Shown here: in pieces, positions 62,358-64,000 of the stretch
How positions within the stretch are numbered: position 1 is the first letter of the stretch
Layout of the letters: the number at the start of each line of letters is the position of its first letter
Source: Octopus sinensis
Lineage: Eukaryota
DNA length: 64,000 nucleotides
Assembly: GCF_006345805.1 (NCBI RefSeq)
Contig: NW_021836129.1
Location: forward strand, 1 to 64,000
Direction of reading: 5' to 3'
The notes under the pieces: model-generated
Databases searched by the model: none
Seen by the model: only the letters and a program-made list of their open reading frames with translations
Told to the model about the DNA's origin: nothing
Program-made: the position numbers and the translations under genes

Positions 62358-63598
62358 CAGGGGTTCTCAACTTTTTTAGCTCATGGGCCAAATCGATAAT
62401 TAAGAATATCTTTACGGGCCGCACAAAAAATATTTTATGTTATTAATGAAAAGAAGGCTTTATTAAGTAATAAAAATCAATGCGAGACTTGATTCTGTTT
62501 GGCGTCTATTATTTTGTCAAAACAGGGAGTAAAAGTCGAACACGATGTGCGTAAAAGTTGATTTAGGTGTCCATCAGTCAATCGATTTCGATACTTTGTT
62601 TTTATTTGCGTAAGTTTGGTGAAAAGAGCTTCACATGTATACGTTGATCCGAAGACTGATGCATTTTTTTGAGCATTATCGACCAAGTTCGGATATTTCC
62701 ACTGTGGAATTCGACCCCAAAAATCCAATAGTTCACTTGACTTAAATAGCGCGGTAAGTTGTAAATCTGCCTGCATTTCAATTAGTTCCAGTTGATATAT
62801 GTATGGAGCGGTTGCAGCATCTGCTTCCATAGGTGACAAAAATATTTTCATAATAGGTAAAGCTTCTTTAAAATCATTAAAACGTGTTTCGAATTCATCG
62901 ATTAAGTCACTAATAACGCAGATATATTTTTGTAGGATCCATCTTCCCTGTGATTTGAAAGTATTGGGAAATGAATGGTAACTCTACTTTCAATTTGTAT
63001 ATTCCAAAGGTGTAGTTTTTCGATAAATGCAGAAACCATTCCGTACAATTCATGACATAGTTTGCCCTTACCCTGCAAAGAAGTATTCAAAATTGAAAGG
63101 TGCGTAGAAATATCTACCATAAATGCTAAATCTGCAATCCACTCCTTATCAGTAAGCTGAGGATAAAATATCTTATTGTCAATAAAATGCATAATCTCCG
63201 GGAGAAGGTCATAAAATCTAAATGCGATTTAGTTTAAATTTATATAACCTTTTTAGACATGCTGCCCGACTCAACCATCGTACAGTTGTATGCATAAGCA
63301 AATCTCCATACTTGGCGTCAACATCCTCGAGAAATATCTTGAAATTCCGATGATTTAAAGCACGGGATCGAATAAAATTTACGATCGAAATGACCGTTTC
63401 TGTAACATGGTCCATTTTCATAGATTTCGCGGATAAATTTTCTTGATGCAGGATGCAGTGATGCCAAATCACAGGACTCAACTCATCATCTACTCGCCAT
63501 CCAGCTACGAGACCTTGAAACCCAGTTTTCCATCCAACCATAGAAGGACATCCATCTGTAGCAATTGAAAACATTTTTAAAGGATTCAAATGTGCCAT
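62358..63598 (-). mobile_element. Buster-type hAT (longer copy of 33765 element) with 31-nt intron 63218-63248; 5' end not present
   Basis: ATDGCPSM..HCILHQE..RALNHRNF..VRWLSRAACLKR|intron|FYDLLPEIMHF..WIADLAF..FGSTYTCE; shared frameshift near 62940. Confidence 0.9.
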
Positions 63599-64000
63599 TT
63601 CAAGACAATCGCGAAATTCGCGAAATATATATATACATCAATTTTGTATCTAAGGATGTGGAAATTCCAGCATTTTTCCTATGGCTCAACAAACTTGTTT
63701 TTTGGAGACAAAATCGTCTTTTTAGTGGCAGGTTTACAGAAAAGGATCCTTGTTGAACAATTTCTTTTTGCCCTTACAATTGACGAGCTGAAATAATACA
63801 GATTGATGACATTAAATGTTATTTATTTTATTTTTTAAATGTTTTTAATTTATCGAATTAACTACAATAAATTATTACGCACGTTATATTATTTTCTTTT
63901 GTTGTGAATGTATGCAGTTAATTCTTATTTTATTTTTTCGTGCTTTTATGTTTTAATTTTATAATTTTTTGTTTTTTTATTTGTTTGACTATTAATTAAA

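Larger units (their letters stand above)
55080..63273 (+). repeat. Direct segmental duplication B, copy 2
   Basis: Colinear with 27384-34678; carries an extra segment of about 1.2 kb (56734-57915) and lacks the 29.2-kb LINE. Confidence 0.95.

Overview
AT-rich eukaryotic genomic DNA from an organism with tiny (about 23-31 nt) GT-AG spliceosomal introns. These introns break real genes into the short pieces seen in the ORF track. The window is a transposon-dense accessory region containing hAT, pogo/Tigger, Tc1/IS630-like, integrase-only (Ginger/KRBA2-like) and CRE-like non-LTR elements, often nested. There are two large direct duplications (2-3247 = 15677-18955; 27384-34678 = 55080-63273) and an older inverted paralogy (about 6470-9250 = 39990-41770). 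Host genes: an apparently intact ATG9, an intact 7-intron orphan secreted-protein gene (duplicated), and pseudogenes of ICMT/STE14 and axonemal dynein DNAH1 (two copies). Most notable signal: transposase or integrase genes of three unrelated DNA-transposon groups (four families) carry host-style micro-introns. One hAT looks dead in the ORF track but splices to an intact 461-aa transposase, and one pogo has an intron that its paralogs in this window lack. An intact IS630-like element has inverted arrays of 11+11 helically phased motifs. All gene models and family assignments were made by eye; no database search was run, and the organism cannot be determined from this window.
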